A stretch of DNA of 64,000 nt from Torpedo marmorata (taxonomy: Eukaryota), in the NCBI GenBank assembly GCA_977017645.1, contig OZ360224.1, positions 54,560,001 to 54,624,000 on the forward strand, read 5' to 3'. Below are positions 12,650 through 25,300 of the stretch, piece after piece. Positions within the stretch are counted from its first letter, which is position 1. Each line of letters begins with the position of its first letter. The position numbers and the translations under genes were made by a program. The notes beneath the pieces are model-generated. The model did no database searches. It was not told where the DNA came from and was given only the letters and a program-made list of their open reading frames with translations.

Positions 12650-13890
12650 ATAGAGTTGTACAGAAAAATAAAGTGCCCTTCTGCCCAGTTCAACCATGAT
12701 TTCTTTCCATGCTGCTCCTGCTTACCTACATTTGGCCTGTATCTATCCTTTCCTATCCTTACATGTCCAAATTCCTTTTATCTATTGTAATTGCAGAAGT
12801 CTCTACCACTTTTGTTGGCAACTCATTCCAGAGAGCCACCACCCTCTGTGTGAAGAACTTGCCACAGGTCTCCTTTAAATGCATCCCCTCCCACCTTAAA
12901 TCTATGCTCTCTAATTTTAGACTTCCCACCATTGTAAAAATAGTCTGAGTACCCTATGGGGACACCAATGCCCCTGAGCGGAAAGCCCTGCAAAAGGTAG
13001 TGGACACAGCCCAGGACATCACAGATAAAACCCTTCCCACCATTGAGAACATCTACAAAGAACACTGGCGTTGGCGAGCAGCAGCAATCATCAAGGGTGC
13101 ACACCACCCAGCACATGCTTTGTTCTCGCTGCTACCATCAGGAAAAAGGTATAGGTGCCTCAAGACTCACACCACCAGGTTCAGGAACAGCTGCAACCCC
13201 TCCACCACCAGACACCTCAAAAACAAACTCAATCAGAGACTCATTTAAGGACTCTTACTTTTGCACTTTATTGATTTTTTTCTCTCTGTATTGCAGTCAG
13301 TTTGTTTACATTTCTTTATTTGTTTACATGTGTACATATCTTCTTGAGTACAGTTTTTGCACTACAAATAAATGGTAATTCTGCCTCGCCTGCAGGAAAA
13401 AGAATCTCAGGTGATGTCATGTATGTACTCTGACAATAAATCTGAACTTGAAATTTGAACTCTATCTATGCCACACATAATTTTATAAATTGATTTATGG
13501 TCGCCCCTCACCCTCATGTGTTCCAATCAGAATAAACCCAGCCTTTCCATTCTCTCTGTAGAAGTAGAGCCATCCATTCCAGGCAACTTCCTAGTGAGTC
13601 TCCACTGCACTCTTTCCAAAGCTACCACATACAGCTGTACTTCCTGTTGTGTGGCAAACAGAACGAATTGCAATGTTCTGAGTGTGACCTGACCAATGTT
13701 TGGAGAAGCTGCAACATGATATCCCATCTCTTTTACTCAATACTTTGGCCTGTGAAGACAAGCGTACCAAAGGCCTTCTTCACTACCCTATCCACCTGTG
13801 TTACCATTTACAGGGAGCAATGAATCTGCATCTCATGATTCCCACAGTACATCAACACTCCTGAGGTCCCTGCCATTCACTGTAAAACAC
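12650..13890 (-). mobile_element. Old CR1 3' fragment, interrupted by a Rex1/Babar at ~12950-13460
   Basis: ORF 13527-13727 (ALERVQWRLTRKLPGM) and the REHRFKVGG segment of ORF 12823-13116. Confidence 0.75.
12950..13460 (+). mobile_element. Rex1/Babar LINE 3' fragment
   Basis: ORF 13000-13248 (LPTIENIY...HHPAHALFSLLPSGKRYR...TTRFRNS). gacaataaatctgaacttgaa tail. Confidence 0.85.
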
Positions 13891-13967
13891 TATTATGATT
13901 TAAGGTCCTGTGGTGGTGAGGGTTGAGGTAACAAATTTGAAGGTTTTAAGGAGTTACAACCCTGGAC

Positions 13968-14107
13968 NNNNNNNNNNNNNNNNNNNNNNNNNNNNNNNNN
14001 NNNNNNNNNNNNNNNNNNNNNNNNNNNNNNNNNNNNNNNNNNNNNNNNNNNNNNNNNNNNNNNNNNNNNNNNNNNNNNNNNNNNNNNNNNNNNNNNNNNN
14101 NNNNNNN
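13968..14107. other. Assembly gap
   Basis: Run of N. Confidence 1.
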
Positions 14108-14114
14108 CAAACTT

Positions 14115-16390
14115 TGTAGTAAATAACTGGATACAGACTTCGAGTCAGAGAAACAACCCACAATCATGACCTCCTGCCTCCTATCACCAAGCAAATTATG
14201 GATCCAGTTTGACAACACACCTTGCATCCCATAACTTTCTGGGCCAGCCTACCATGCAGGACTTTGTCGAACGTCTGAATAAACTTCAGGTGAACACACC
14301 CACGCTCTGCCTTCGTCAATTATCTTTGTTATCTCCACAAAATTTCAAACAGACCTGTGCAACATGATCTCCCTTATTCAAAATCATATAGACTCCTCCT
14401 AATCAATTCCTGCCTTTCCAAGTGAAGATAAATCCTGCCCTTTAGAATGTTTTCCTATAATTTCCTTACTATTGATGTGAGGCTCTCAAGGCTTATTGTT
14501 TTTGCCCTTTTTGAATAAAAGAACATTAACCATCCTCCAGTCTTCTGGTATCTCATCCATGGCAAACAAAGATGCAAAAATATCTATCAGAGCCTCAGTA
14601 ATCTCCTCTCTTGATTCCCATAGCATACTGGGATCAATCCCGTCAGGCCCTAAAGATTTGTCACCTTATTGTGTGCCAATATTTCTACACTTCCTCCTTC
14701 CTGGCATTGTACCTCTTCACCCTTTCTCTAACCTCCACATCCTTCTCTCTGGTGTGTATCAATTAGAACTATTAATTTAAGATCCTACTCATATCCTTCA
14801 GCTCCACATGTGGACTTGGTCCTTTTTCATAACTACACACGTTTCTAATGTACCTATAACAGGTTTTGGGGTTCTCCTTAATCCTACTTGCCAAGGCTAT
14901 GTCATGTCCTCTCTTTGACCTCCTAATTTGTTTCCTATGTTCTCTCGGACATCCCTTATAAACCTAAAAGGACATATTTAAAACCAAATCCCTAAACCTG
15001 ACATGTGCTTCCTTCTATTTTGAACCAAACCTTCAATTTCCATTCTTAACTAGGGTTCCCTAATCTCACTGTCTTTGCTTCTTACCCTTACAGGACATGC
15101 TGACTCTGAGCTCTTACTTTTTCACCTTTAAATGCCCCCCACTTATCTAATGTTGTTTTCCCTTCTAACAGCTGATCTCAATCTATTTTTGCCAGGTCAT
15201 GCCTTATACTGTTGAAATCAACCCTCCCCAAATTTAGGACTGCAATTCTCGGACCAACTTTATCTTTTCCCTTGAGTCTTGATGAAGGGTTCTGACCTGA
15301 AACTTCGACCGTTCCTTTTCTCTCACTGATGTTGCTTGGCCCACCGGCAGGGTGTTTTTTTTTGCTCCAGATTCCAACAGTCGTGGTGTCTTGTATCTCC
15401 TTATCTTTTTCCATGTCTACCTGGAGACTTATTGAACTGTGGTTACTGCTTCCAAAGAGTTCCTCTATAGACACTTCCACCTCTTGCCCATCGTCACTCC
15501 CAGAGGTAAGATCGAGTATAACCCCCTTTCTGGGCAGCACTCTCTACATAGTGCTTTAAAACCCCCCCTTGAATGCATTTTATGAATTCCACCCTACACA
15601 AAGACAATCCCAGCCAACGTTGGTCAATTTAAAATCCTCCTATTATAATCCTTTTAGTTTTGCACCCGACTGCAATTTGCCTCAGAGCATTGCAATCTAC
15701 TGTTTATTTATCCTCTATTTCAGAGATCTTTCACATAAACTATCTACATCCCTTTACTGCCTCCTTATGTTATCTTCATAAGCGGTCCTCTGACCTATCA
15801 TTGCATCAACACCAAATTTAGCAACCATAGCTTTGTTCATTCATCCAAGTCATGTATATAAACTGCACAGTTCCCCAGTACTAATCCCGGTAGCACTTTA
15901 TCTTTTAGATATGGGAAACTAGAAAATACCTCTCTATGCTTGCTTTCTGTTTCCTGTTAGCAGACTGGTCTTCTATCCTTGTCAATATGCCACCTCCTAC
16001 ATCATTAGCTATTATTTTCTACAATGACTTTTGAGGCAGCACTCTTTCAAATGCCTTGTGCATATCTAAGTATATTATATCTAGCAGTTCTCAGTACATG
16101 TCACTTCTTCAAAGAGCTCTGATAAATAAGTCAAATATGATTTTCCCCTTCATTAAACCATGTTGACTGTTACTTTCTAAGTGTCTTCCTCTGAGGACTT
16201 CGATGGTAGCTGCTAACATTCTCCCTATGGAGGTTCTGCTTTCTTTCTTCTTCCATTTTTGTATGAAGAAGACACATTTGCTATTTCCTAATCTTCCCTG
16301 AATTTAGGGAATTATAGAAAATTAAAGCCAAAGCATCATCTATCTCACAAACCACCTGCTTCAAGACCTAATGATGAAGTCCATGAGAAT
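14115..16390 (-). mobile_element. Several highly decayed CR1 segments (RT and endonuclease regions)
   Basis: ORF 13946-14227 (WIHNLLGDRRQEVMIVGCFSD) and ORF 15178-15540 (ILDL...FGSSNHSSISLQV). CR1 RT-like DNA at 15790-16390. Confidence 0.7.
15271..15400 (+). mobile_element. Penelope terminal-repeat mini-element with hammerhead-like motif
   Basis: ttgatgaagggttctgacctgaaac at 15279-15303. Flanked by near-duplicate ttatcttttcc / ttatctttttcc (probable TSD) inside the CR1. Confidence 0.65.
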
Positions 16391-17939
16391 GTAGGGATGT
16401 CACTGCACCTCCAGCAACATTTCCAATTCCCAGTCTACAGCTAATTCTAGGATTTTATTTAGTACACTCCACAGTAAAGAAGTACAACAAAAAGCATTGG
16501 AAACACTCAGCAGGTTGGGTGACATCCATAAAGGCAGAAACAAAATTAGCATTTCAAGTTGAAGAACCTTCTTCAGAACGGAGGAAAGAGAGAGATTGTG
16601 TTTGCTTTCTCCATTGTAGTGGAGACTACTTCTTGAACCTACTTACTAAATATCCATTCACTTCATATCCTTATTTTATCAATAGATGTCCAGAAAGGTG
16701 AAACATAGCTAAAGGAATATGTATGAGAGATGTTGGACAAAGCAAAGAAGATTTTGTGCTGACTTTTGTAATCATGGCAGACACATCAACAATTATGAAG
16801 CAGGTAAGTCAGCGGCTGAAGGAAGGGGAAATAATAAAAAGATAGAGGAATTGTGAGAACATGGAATTAGGACCAATATTTGTGTCGGAGAAAAATACCA
16901 ACAGATAATGTTTCAGAGAATGTTGGCTTTATGGTGTTGTAATTTTATTCAGGGGTACCTACTGACACTATTGTACTAATGGCACCCCTGTCAGAGCCTT
17001 ATGAGATTAAGAATACTGACTGAACTTGTGATTGTGATGCCAACGCAATATCAAGGCTCAGTTAAAATAACTTTACATCAGTACATCTTATGGTAAGGAA
17101 CAATGGCCACTTTCTGTAGATTTCAAGGCAAGGAGAAATATTGTGTTGTAGCAACTTCATATTTAACATTTAACATATGTTGATGGTTAGGCTTCTCAAA
17201 TTCTGGATCCAGTTAAATGGCTATAAAACATTTGGGCTCAAGAAAAAAGAACTTCCCAAGAATTAAATTAATCCTGCAAACAGATATTTGAACTCTCTTG
17301 AAATGCCAGTACCCACTGTATTTTGGCAATGAAAGTGTATGTACATTCATCAATGGATTGCACATAGTAATTGATCACAGACTGCCAACACATTCACCCA
17401 CTCACCAGCTCTGGCTCTGAAATCACATAACCACTGGTACATGTGCCTGCATTTTGTGGTCAGTGATGAAGTGACATCCTTTGCTGCAGACCCAAAGAAA
17501 GCAGCTTGCAAAGTAATCTAGTGATGATCATAGCATAGGCTTCCCTTTTTTTAACTTCGTTTCCATTCAGACATTAGTCCAAGCAACAGTAGCCATTATA
17601 TTGCCTTGGCAAACCCATTACATTAGAGAATTCTAACAAAGAAAATGCCCACTTTCAGTTAATATTTTAACATATTTACAGAATTCAAAATAAAGATTGA
17701 TTAAGGTAAAAGTCGTTATGTTATCAATAAAATTGCATAATTATTTTAGTAAACATTAATTATATTTTGAAATATTTATGTAAGGCAATTATAATCCAGT
17801 TATTATGAAATATAGATTTTTGGGCATGGGAAGTTTGAAAAGCAGTATTAGTGCATTAAACTTGAACAAGGAAAAAGACAACATTTTCAAATTATTTAAC
17901 AAGGAAATTATATAAATATCTGAAACTGTCATCAGTAAA

Positions 17940-20605
17940 ACATGAAAATCTGCAGACACCGTGTTGAAGTAAAATCACACAAAGCTGGAGAAACTCAACA
18001 GGTGTCCTTTATATAGCAAAGGTATAAATACATAACTGACATTTCGGGGTTAAGCCCTTCATCAAGTTATGGGAAAATGTCAGTAGGCGTCCGAACAAAA
18101 GAGAAGGGGAGAAAGGGGTGGTCACAAGGCAGGAAGTGATAGGTGGAGAAGGGAGGGAGGGGACAGCAGAGATCAAGGGGAGGAGGGATGGCTAGGTGAA
18201 GGGAGGGGGAAGGGAGGGAGGAGAACTGGAAAGGGGAAGAGGAGGCAGGTTAGCAGAAACCGGAAAAGTCGATGTTAATGCCATCTGGCTGGAGAGTGCC
18301 CAGACGGAAAATAAGGTGTTGTTCCTCCAATTTGTGGGTGGTCTTGGTGGGACAGTGCATAAGGCCATGGACAGACATGTGAGTGTCGGAGTGTGACACA
18401 GAACTGAAATGGTTGGCTACTGGGAGGTCTCTGTTACTGTAGCAGATGAAGCGATCTCCCAATTTGCGCCCAGTCTCTCTGATGTAGAGAAGGCCACAAA
18501 GGGAGCACCGGATGCAGTAAATCAGTCCTGTAGATACACAAGTGAAGTGTTGCTTCACTTGAAAGGCCTGTTTGAGGCCCCGGACCGAGGTGAGGGAGGA
18601 GGTGTGGGCGCACCTCCTGCGGCCACAGAGAAAGGTGCTTGGGGGGGGCGATTGGTGGGGAGGGATGAGTGCACGAGGGAGTCATGGAGGGAGTGGTCCC
18701 TATGGAAGGCAGAGAGGGGAGGAGAGGGGAAGATCTGACTGCTGGTGGGATCCTGTTGTAAGTGAATAATGTGTTGGATACGAGGATAATGTGTTGGATA
18801 CGGAGGCTGGTGGGGTGGTAGGTAAGGATGAGGAGGTTCTATGTTTGTTATGTCTGGGGGCAGAGGGGGCCAGGGCAGATGAACGGGAAATGGAGGAGAT
18901 GCGGGTGAGGGGTGAGTTGATGGTGGTGGAGGGGAAGCCACGTTTGTGGAAGAAGGCAGACATTTCAGAAGATCTGGACTGGAAGACCTCATCTTGGGAA
19001 CAGATGAGGCGGAGACGGAGAAATTGAGAGAAGGGGATAGATTCCTTGCAATGGACAGGGTGTGAGGAAGTGCAGTCAAGGTAGTTGTGGGAGTTAGTGG
19101 GTTTGTAATATATGTCGGTGGAAAGCTTGTCTCCCGAGATGAAGACGGAGAGATCCAGGAAGGGGAGAGTGTTGTTGGAGATGGACTAGGTGAGTTTGAG
19201 ATCGGGGTGGAAATTGGCCACGAAGTGGATGAAATTGATAAGCTCGTCGCGGGTGCATGAGGCAGCCCCGATGTAGTCATCGATATACCGGAGGAAGAGT
19301 TGAGGGATCTTGCCTGTGTAGACTAGCAGCATGGATTGCTCCACAAAGCCCACAAACAGGCAGGCGTAGCTGGGACCCATGCGGCTACCCATGCCTACTC
19401 CTTTGATTTGGAGGAAGTGAGACGAGTTGAAGGAGAAGTTGTTTAAGGTGAGGACAGGTTCTGCCAGGCAGAGGAGGGTGGTGGTAGAGGGTGACTGGTC
19501 GGGTCTCTGGTCCAGAAAGAAGTGAAATGCTTTAAGACCTTCTGTATGGGGGATGGAGGTATAAAGGAATTGGACATCTATCGTGAAAATGAGGCGGTCC
19601 AGTTCGGGGAATCTGAAGTCATTGAAGAGAAGGAGGGCATGTGAGGTGTCGTGGATGTAGGTGGGGAGGGATTGGACTAGGGGAGAAAAGATAGAGTCAA
19701 GGTAAGATGAAACTAGTTCGGTGGGACAAGAGCAAGCAGAAACAATGGGTCTACCTGGGTGGTTAGGTTTGTGTATCTTGGGTAGGAGGTAGAAACTAGC
19801 AGTGCGGGGATGGGGGACAATGAGGTTGGCAGTCGTGGGGGGAAGGTGACCAGAGGTGATGAGGTTGGAGAAGGTGTTGGAGCAAGTGGTTTGATGTGTC
19901 GTGGTGGGGTCCTGTGGGAGGGGTAGATAGGAGGAGGTGTCTGAGAGCTGTCATCTGGCCTCAGCAAGGTAGAGGTCAGTGCACCAGACCACAACAGCAC
20001 CACCCTTATCTGCGGATTTGATGGTGAGGTTGGGATTGTTGCGGAGAGAGTGGAGGGCAGAGCGTTCGGAGGAAGTAAGATTGGAATACGAGAGGGGGGT
20101 GGTGAAGTTGAGATGGTTGATGTCTCGGCGGCAGTTGGAAATAAAAAGGTCCAGAGCGGGCAGCTGGCCAGGACGAGGTGACCAGGAGGAGGAAGAAGGC
20201 TTAAAGTGGGAGTAGGGGTCAAGGGTGGGGGGGGTGGAGAGTCACGGTCATGGAAGTGAGCCCGGAGGCGGAGGCGACAGAAGAAGAGTTCGGCATCGTG
20301 GCGTGCGCCGAACTTATTAAGGTGGGGGCAGAGGGGGGCGAAGGTGAGGCCTCTGCTGAGGACCAAGTGCTTCGTCTCAGAGAGGGGAAGGTCAGAGGGG
20401 ATAGTAAAGACCAAGCAGGGTTCAGAGTGGGAATCGGTGTTGTGGAGAGTGTTGGGGGGATTGGGAGGGTTGGGGAGGTCCGAGGGTGGAGATGGAAGGT
20501 GGGGGAGGTTGGAGGGGGGAGCTGGAGGGTAGGGGGGGTTGGCGGGGGGAGGAGGAAGGTTGGGGAGGTCAGAGGGGGGAGGTGGGGGGTGGGGGATGGG
20601 GGAAC
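17940..20605 (-). mobile_element. Penelope-like element (RT + GIY-YIG endonuclease), frameshifted, with 3' pseudo-LTR
   Basis: ORF 19186-19392 (MGSRMGPSYACLFVG...FLRYIDD, PLE RT), ORF 18250-18558 (FTC..TGLIYCIRCSLCGLLYI.ETGR.LGDRF, GIY-YIG), N-terminal region 19713-20414 (VLSRGLTFAP). Terminal repeat with hammerhead-like motif at ~18030-18073. Confidence 0.92.
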
Positions 20606-20639
20606 TGTCATCAGTTTACTGGTGACAGGGAGGGGAAGA

Positions 20640-20870
20640 AGGTATTTGCCATGATTGCTTTCATCAGTCAGGACATTGAATACAGGGGCAGGGACGTCAT
20701 GTTATGATTAGAGAAATTGGTGAGATGACACTTTGAGTACCGTGTACAGTTCTGGTCAACCAAAGAAAGATGTTATTAAGCTGAAAAGTGTGCAGAAAGT
20801 TTTCATGAGGATGTTACTTGGACTGGAAGGCTTGAGTTACATTGAAAGGCTGGATAGGCTGAGGCTTTGA
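20640..20870 (+). mobile_element. Old CR1 RT fragment
   Basis: Encodes AFISQDIEYRGRDVML followed by HFEYRVQFWS-like DNA. Confidence 0.7.
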
Positions 20871-21238
20871 ATTTAAGCTTCTGACACAAGTGCCTTTATC
20901 ACTTATTAGCTTTTTGAGTAAGAGATGACCCTTTTGTTCACATTATATAAGGTTTGAGATGTGTTTGTCCGATATCAATTGATTAATTATATTCCTGGGG
21001 CATCTACTTACCAATATTCCTGACAGGTATTTCATAATTTTGTTTCCTATCACTGCTTGATTTTTACCATCACCTGACGTTTAACTACTGGCTGGAGCAC
21101 AAGATCATTTGCTGAAACTTTATCTGTTCTTTGTATATGTGACATAAAAATCCCCCTCACAAGTGGGGAACTAAAACAGAAATTGTTAAGCATGCAATAA
21201 ATCACTTGAAAGATTGTTAACTCAATGTAGGCTTAATG

Positions 21239-21910
21239 TATTATCTGGTTTATGTTTTAGATGTAATAAAGAGGAAGGTTCTTTTGTACATTCTACATGG
21301 TTTTGTCCAAAAGTTTATGATTTTTGGTTGAAAGTTAAAAAATTTTTAGATAAAGTATTAGGAACTACACTTCCAATGGATCATATGATATTTTTGTTTG
21401 GAGATATTGAAGGAACCATTGTTGGAGTGAAATTGAATATGTACCAGACGGAGTTTTTGCGTGTTGCTTTGGCCGTTTCTAAGAAATGTATTGCCACTAC
21501 ATGGAAGTCGGATGTAGATTTGGGGTTGGAAAGATGGCACGCAGAATTGCGTTCTTGCATACCACTCGAAAAAATTACATATAATTTACGTGATAAGTAT
21601 CATTTCTTTTTGGAAGTATGGAGCCCATATATAAAAATTGTGGGTTTAAGGATTTGAAGATCTCTGGACATCGGGTCTGGCTGGCGAGCCTATCCTCCAC
21701 AATAAGATCAGTTTATAGTTGTTCTTTTTAGATTGACATTCTCCTTACTCTATCCTTTTCTTCTTCTTTCTTTCTTTTCGGGAGGGGTAGGGAGGGGAGG
21801 GTGGGGGGGAGGGGGGAGGGTGAAAATGTATCACATGTAATTTGAGAAATTTGCATTTTAAACTGTGTATTGTGTGATTTAAAAATTTTAAATAAAATAT
21901 ATTTTTTTTA
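21239..21910 (+). mobile_element. L1-a copy 3, heavily 5'-truncated
   Basis: ORF 21214-21657 (zinc-knuckle C-terminus). Perfect 15-bp TSD aatgtaggcttaatg at 21224-21238 / 21911-21925. Confidence 0.95.
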
Positions 21911-22389
21911 AATGTAGGCTTAATGCACAGAACCCTTCGTGAAATTGTGAATGGCTGGCCCACTGTTATTTTGAAACACTTGTCTGGTAGACATGGTGCT
22001 AAGTGACAGACAGCGCCACTTCAAGTTGTCATGCTTGGCTTTTGAAGAGAAAGGCATCACTTATAAGTGAACTTTAATTGCTGGGAATGGATTACTCTAC
22101 GTACTTCTTCTTGACATGTGTAACATGTCTTTCTTCCAGCAATTTTAATATCATTCCTCTTCCTAACCCATCAAGCAAAAACAGCATTCGCTGTGGTGGA
22201 AGGTCTTAAGTCCAGAGATGAAGTACAACAATCTTAATGCAAACAGTAAATTAAAAGTCTTGCACAAAAAGAACCAAATGACAGGGAATTGGATTCAATA
22301 GATGCTCAGTAATAGTCACAGTCGGAAGAAAAAACACATTTATATGAAGTGAAACAAGAAAGTCTGCAGACGCTGTGATTGTAGTTAAT

Positions 22390-25300
22390 TGATCTGTTGG
22401 ACAGATCACAGGCTCATTGTCTCCAAAATGAAGCTCCGCCCAAATATGCAAGATGAACAATTTATTCAAGATTCCTTTATGCATTTGTCAGAAGCAAATG
22501 ACAATATTTTAATTGGTGGAGATTTCAATTGTTGCTTAGATCCAATAATGGATAAAACATCGAAATCAACTATTTGAACTAAAATTGCTAAAAGAATTCT
22601 TACTTTGATGAAAGATTTGAATTTAATTGATATTTGGAGGAAGTTGAATCCGAGAGAAAAAGATTATTCCTTTTATTCTTTTAGACATGATTCTTATTCT
22701 AGAATAGACATGTTTTTACTGTCATCGCAATTAGAAGATAGGGTGACCCAAGCGCAATATAAGGCAAGAATAATTTCTGATCATTCGCCTCCATTAATGT
22801 CATGTATAATTCCAGAAAAAGAAAAAATTATATATAGATGGAGATTTAATTCCTCTTTATTGAAAAGAACGGATTTTTGTAATTATATAAGAAGAGAAAT
22901 TCAAGAATTTTTACAGATTAATTCTGATTCCATTGACAATAAATTTATTATTTGGGAGGCTTTGAAAGCTTATTTAAGAGGTCAAATAATAAGTTATTCA
23001 GCAAAAATTAAGAAGGAATATATTCAGGAATTGGATAATTTGGAGAAGGAGATTGTGTTTTTGGAGAAGGATTTGCAAAAAAGGAGATCAGAAGAAAAGA
23101 GGAAAAATTTAATTGAGAAAAAATTATATTATAATACGTTACAAACATATAAAATGGAAAAATTAATTGAAAGAACTAAGCAAAGATATTATGAATTGGG
23201 AGAAAGAGCTCATAAAGTCTTAGCCTGGCAATTAAAGAAAGAACAAACTTCTAGAACTATAACGGCTATAAAAAGGAATTCTAAGAAAATAACATACAAA
23301 CCGCGAGAAATAAATGATTCTTTCAAGGATTTTTATTTAAATTTATATAAATCTCAAACTGATAAAGATGATTCTAAAATTAATGAATTTTTATCTAAAA
23401 TTAAGATGCCTAGGTTAAATATTCATAGTAAAGAATTTTTAGATTCATCATTTACGATGAGAGAAGTTAATGAGGTTCTTAGTTCTTTAACAAGTGGAAA
23501 ATCTCCAGGGGAGGATGGTTTCCCATCAGAATTTTATAAGGAATTTAAGGATTTATTGATACCTCCATATATGGAGGTGTTAAAACAAATAACGGAAACT
23601 CATTCTCTACCGGAAACTTTTTCAAATGCAATAATAACAGTTATACCTAAAAACGATAGAGATCTGTTGAAAACAGAATCATATAGACCAATTTCGTTGC
23701 TAAATGTGGATTATAAAATAATGGCGAAAATTTTAGCAAATAGAGTGGCTAAATATTTACCAGATTTAATTAATGTAGATCAAGCAGGTTTTATTAAGAA
23801 TAGATATTCAAAAGATAATATAGCTAGATTAATTAGTTTAACAAATGTGGCACAAAAGTGAGAGAGGAATTAGCATTAGTATTAACATTAGATGCCGAAA
23901 AGTCTTTTGACAGATTAGAGTGGAATTATTTATTTAAAGTACTGGAAAAATTTGGTTTTGGAACTACATTTATTAATTGGATTAAAACTATATATAAAGA
24001 ACCTTCTGCTAGAGTGGTGACAAATGGACAAATTTCTTCAAAATTTTCTTTGACTAGGTCAACCAGACAAGGATGTCCTTTGTCGCCAGCATTGTTTATT
24101 TTAGCAATAGAACCTTTAGCAGAATTAATTAGACAGGATATTAAGATTGTAGGTATTAAAGTTGGTAATGAAGAACATAAAATTAGTTTATTTGCAGATG
24201 ACGTATTGATTTATATGACAAAACCTATTACTTCTTTAATGCAATTGACTGTTTTATTGAGAGAATATGGGGAAATATCTGGTTATAAGATTAATTCTGA
24301 TAAAAGTGAAATTATGGCATTAACACAAGGGGATTATAGTAAATGTAAAGAAATTATACAATTTAAATGGTCAAAGGAAGGAATTAAATATTTGGGAATA
24401 AAGATTGATACAAAATTAACTAATCTATATAAATTAAATTATCTACCATTATTTATGAATATTAAAAAGGATTTAGAAAGTTGGAAGGATTTACCTATAA
24501 CTTTAATGGGAAGGGTAAATTGTATTAAACTGAATGTTTTTTTCCGAGTATTCAATATCTTTTTCAATCAATTCCTTATGAAATTCCTCAAAAATTCTTT
24601 AAAGATTTAAATTTAATTATGACAAAATTCTTGTGGAAAGGAAAGTTGGCTAGAGTAGGTATGGAGAAATTAACTTGGAATTATGTAATGGGTGGATTAC
24701 AACTTCCTAATTTTCAATATTATTATAAAGCAGCCCAATTAAAATTTATTAATGAAATGTTTGATTTAGGAAAATCTTCTGCTTGGATAAGAATATAATT
24801 AAATAATATAGGAGAAGATTTTAAAGAAGAAGTTATTTATAAATGGAATTCTAAATTATTATTAACAAGAGGGAAAAACTCTCCTATTTTTAAACGTTTG
24901 TTAGAAATATTGAATGGAGTGGATAGAGATAGGAGCGAAAGGGTTAATTTCTCGAAAAATGCCTCTGTATCAAAATAAACTTATTCCATTTACTGTTGAT
25001 AATCAATTATTTAAAATTTGGTTCCAAAAGGGAATTAAGAAAATAAATGATTGTTTTGAAGCTAGTAAATTTATTACTTTTCAAAGAATGAAAGATAAGT
25101 TTAATGTATCAAATAATACACTTTTTGTTTATTATCAAATCAGAGCATTTTTAGTTGAAAAGTTGGGCTATAGTTTGACTTTACCAAGACAAAATGAACT
25201 GGAATTATTAGCTACTAATGGAGGTGTAAATAAATTCATTTCTCAAATGTATAGATTGTTACAGAGGAAAATGCCTAAACTAGGAATTCATAAATCAAGA

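Noticed and set aside
18409-20707. Multiple long Pro/Ser- or Gly-rich ORFs
   Set aside because: Alternative frames and antisense of the strand-skewed Penelope element.
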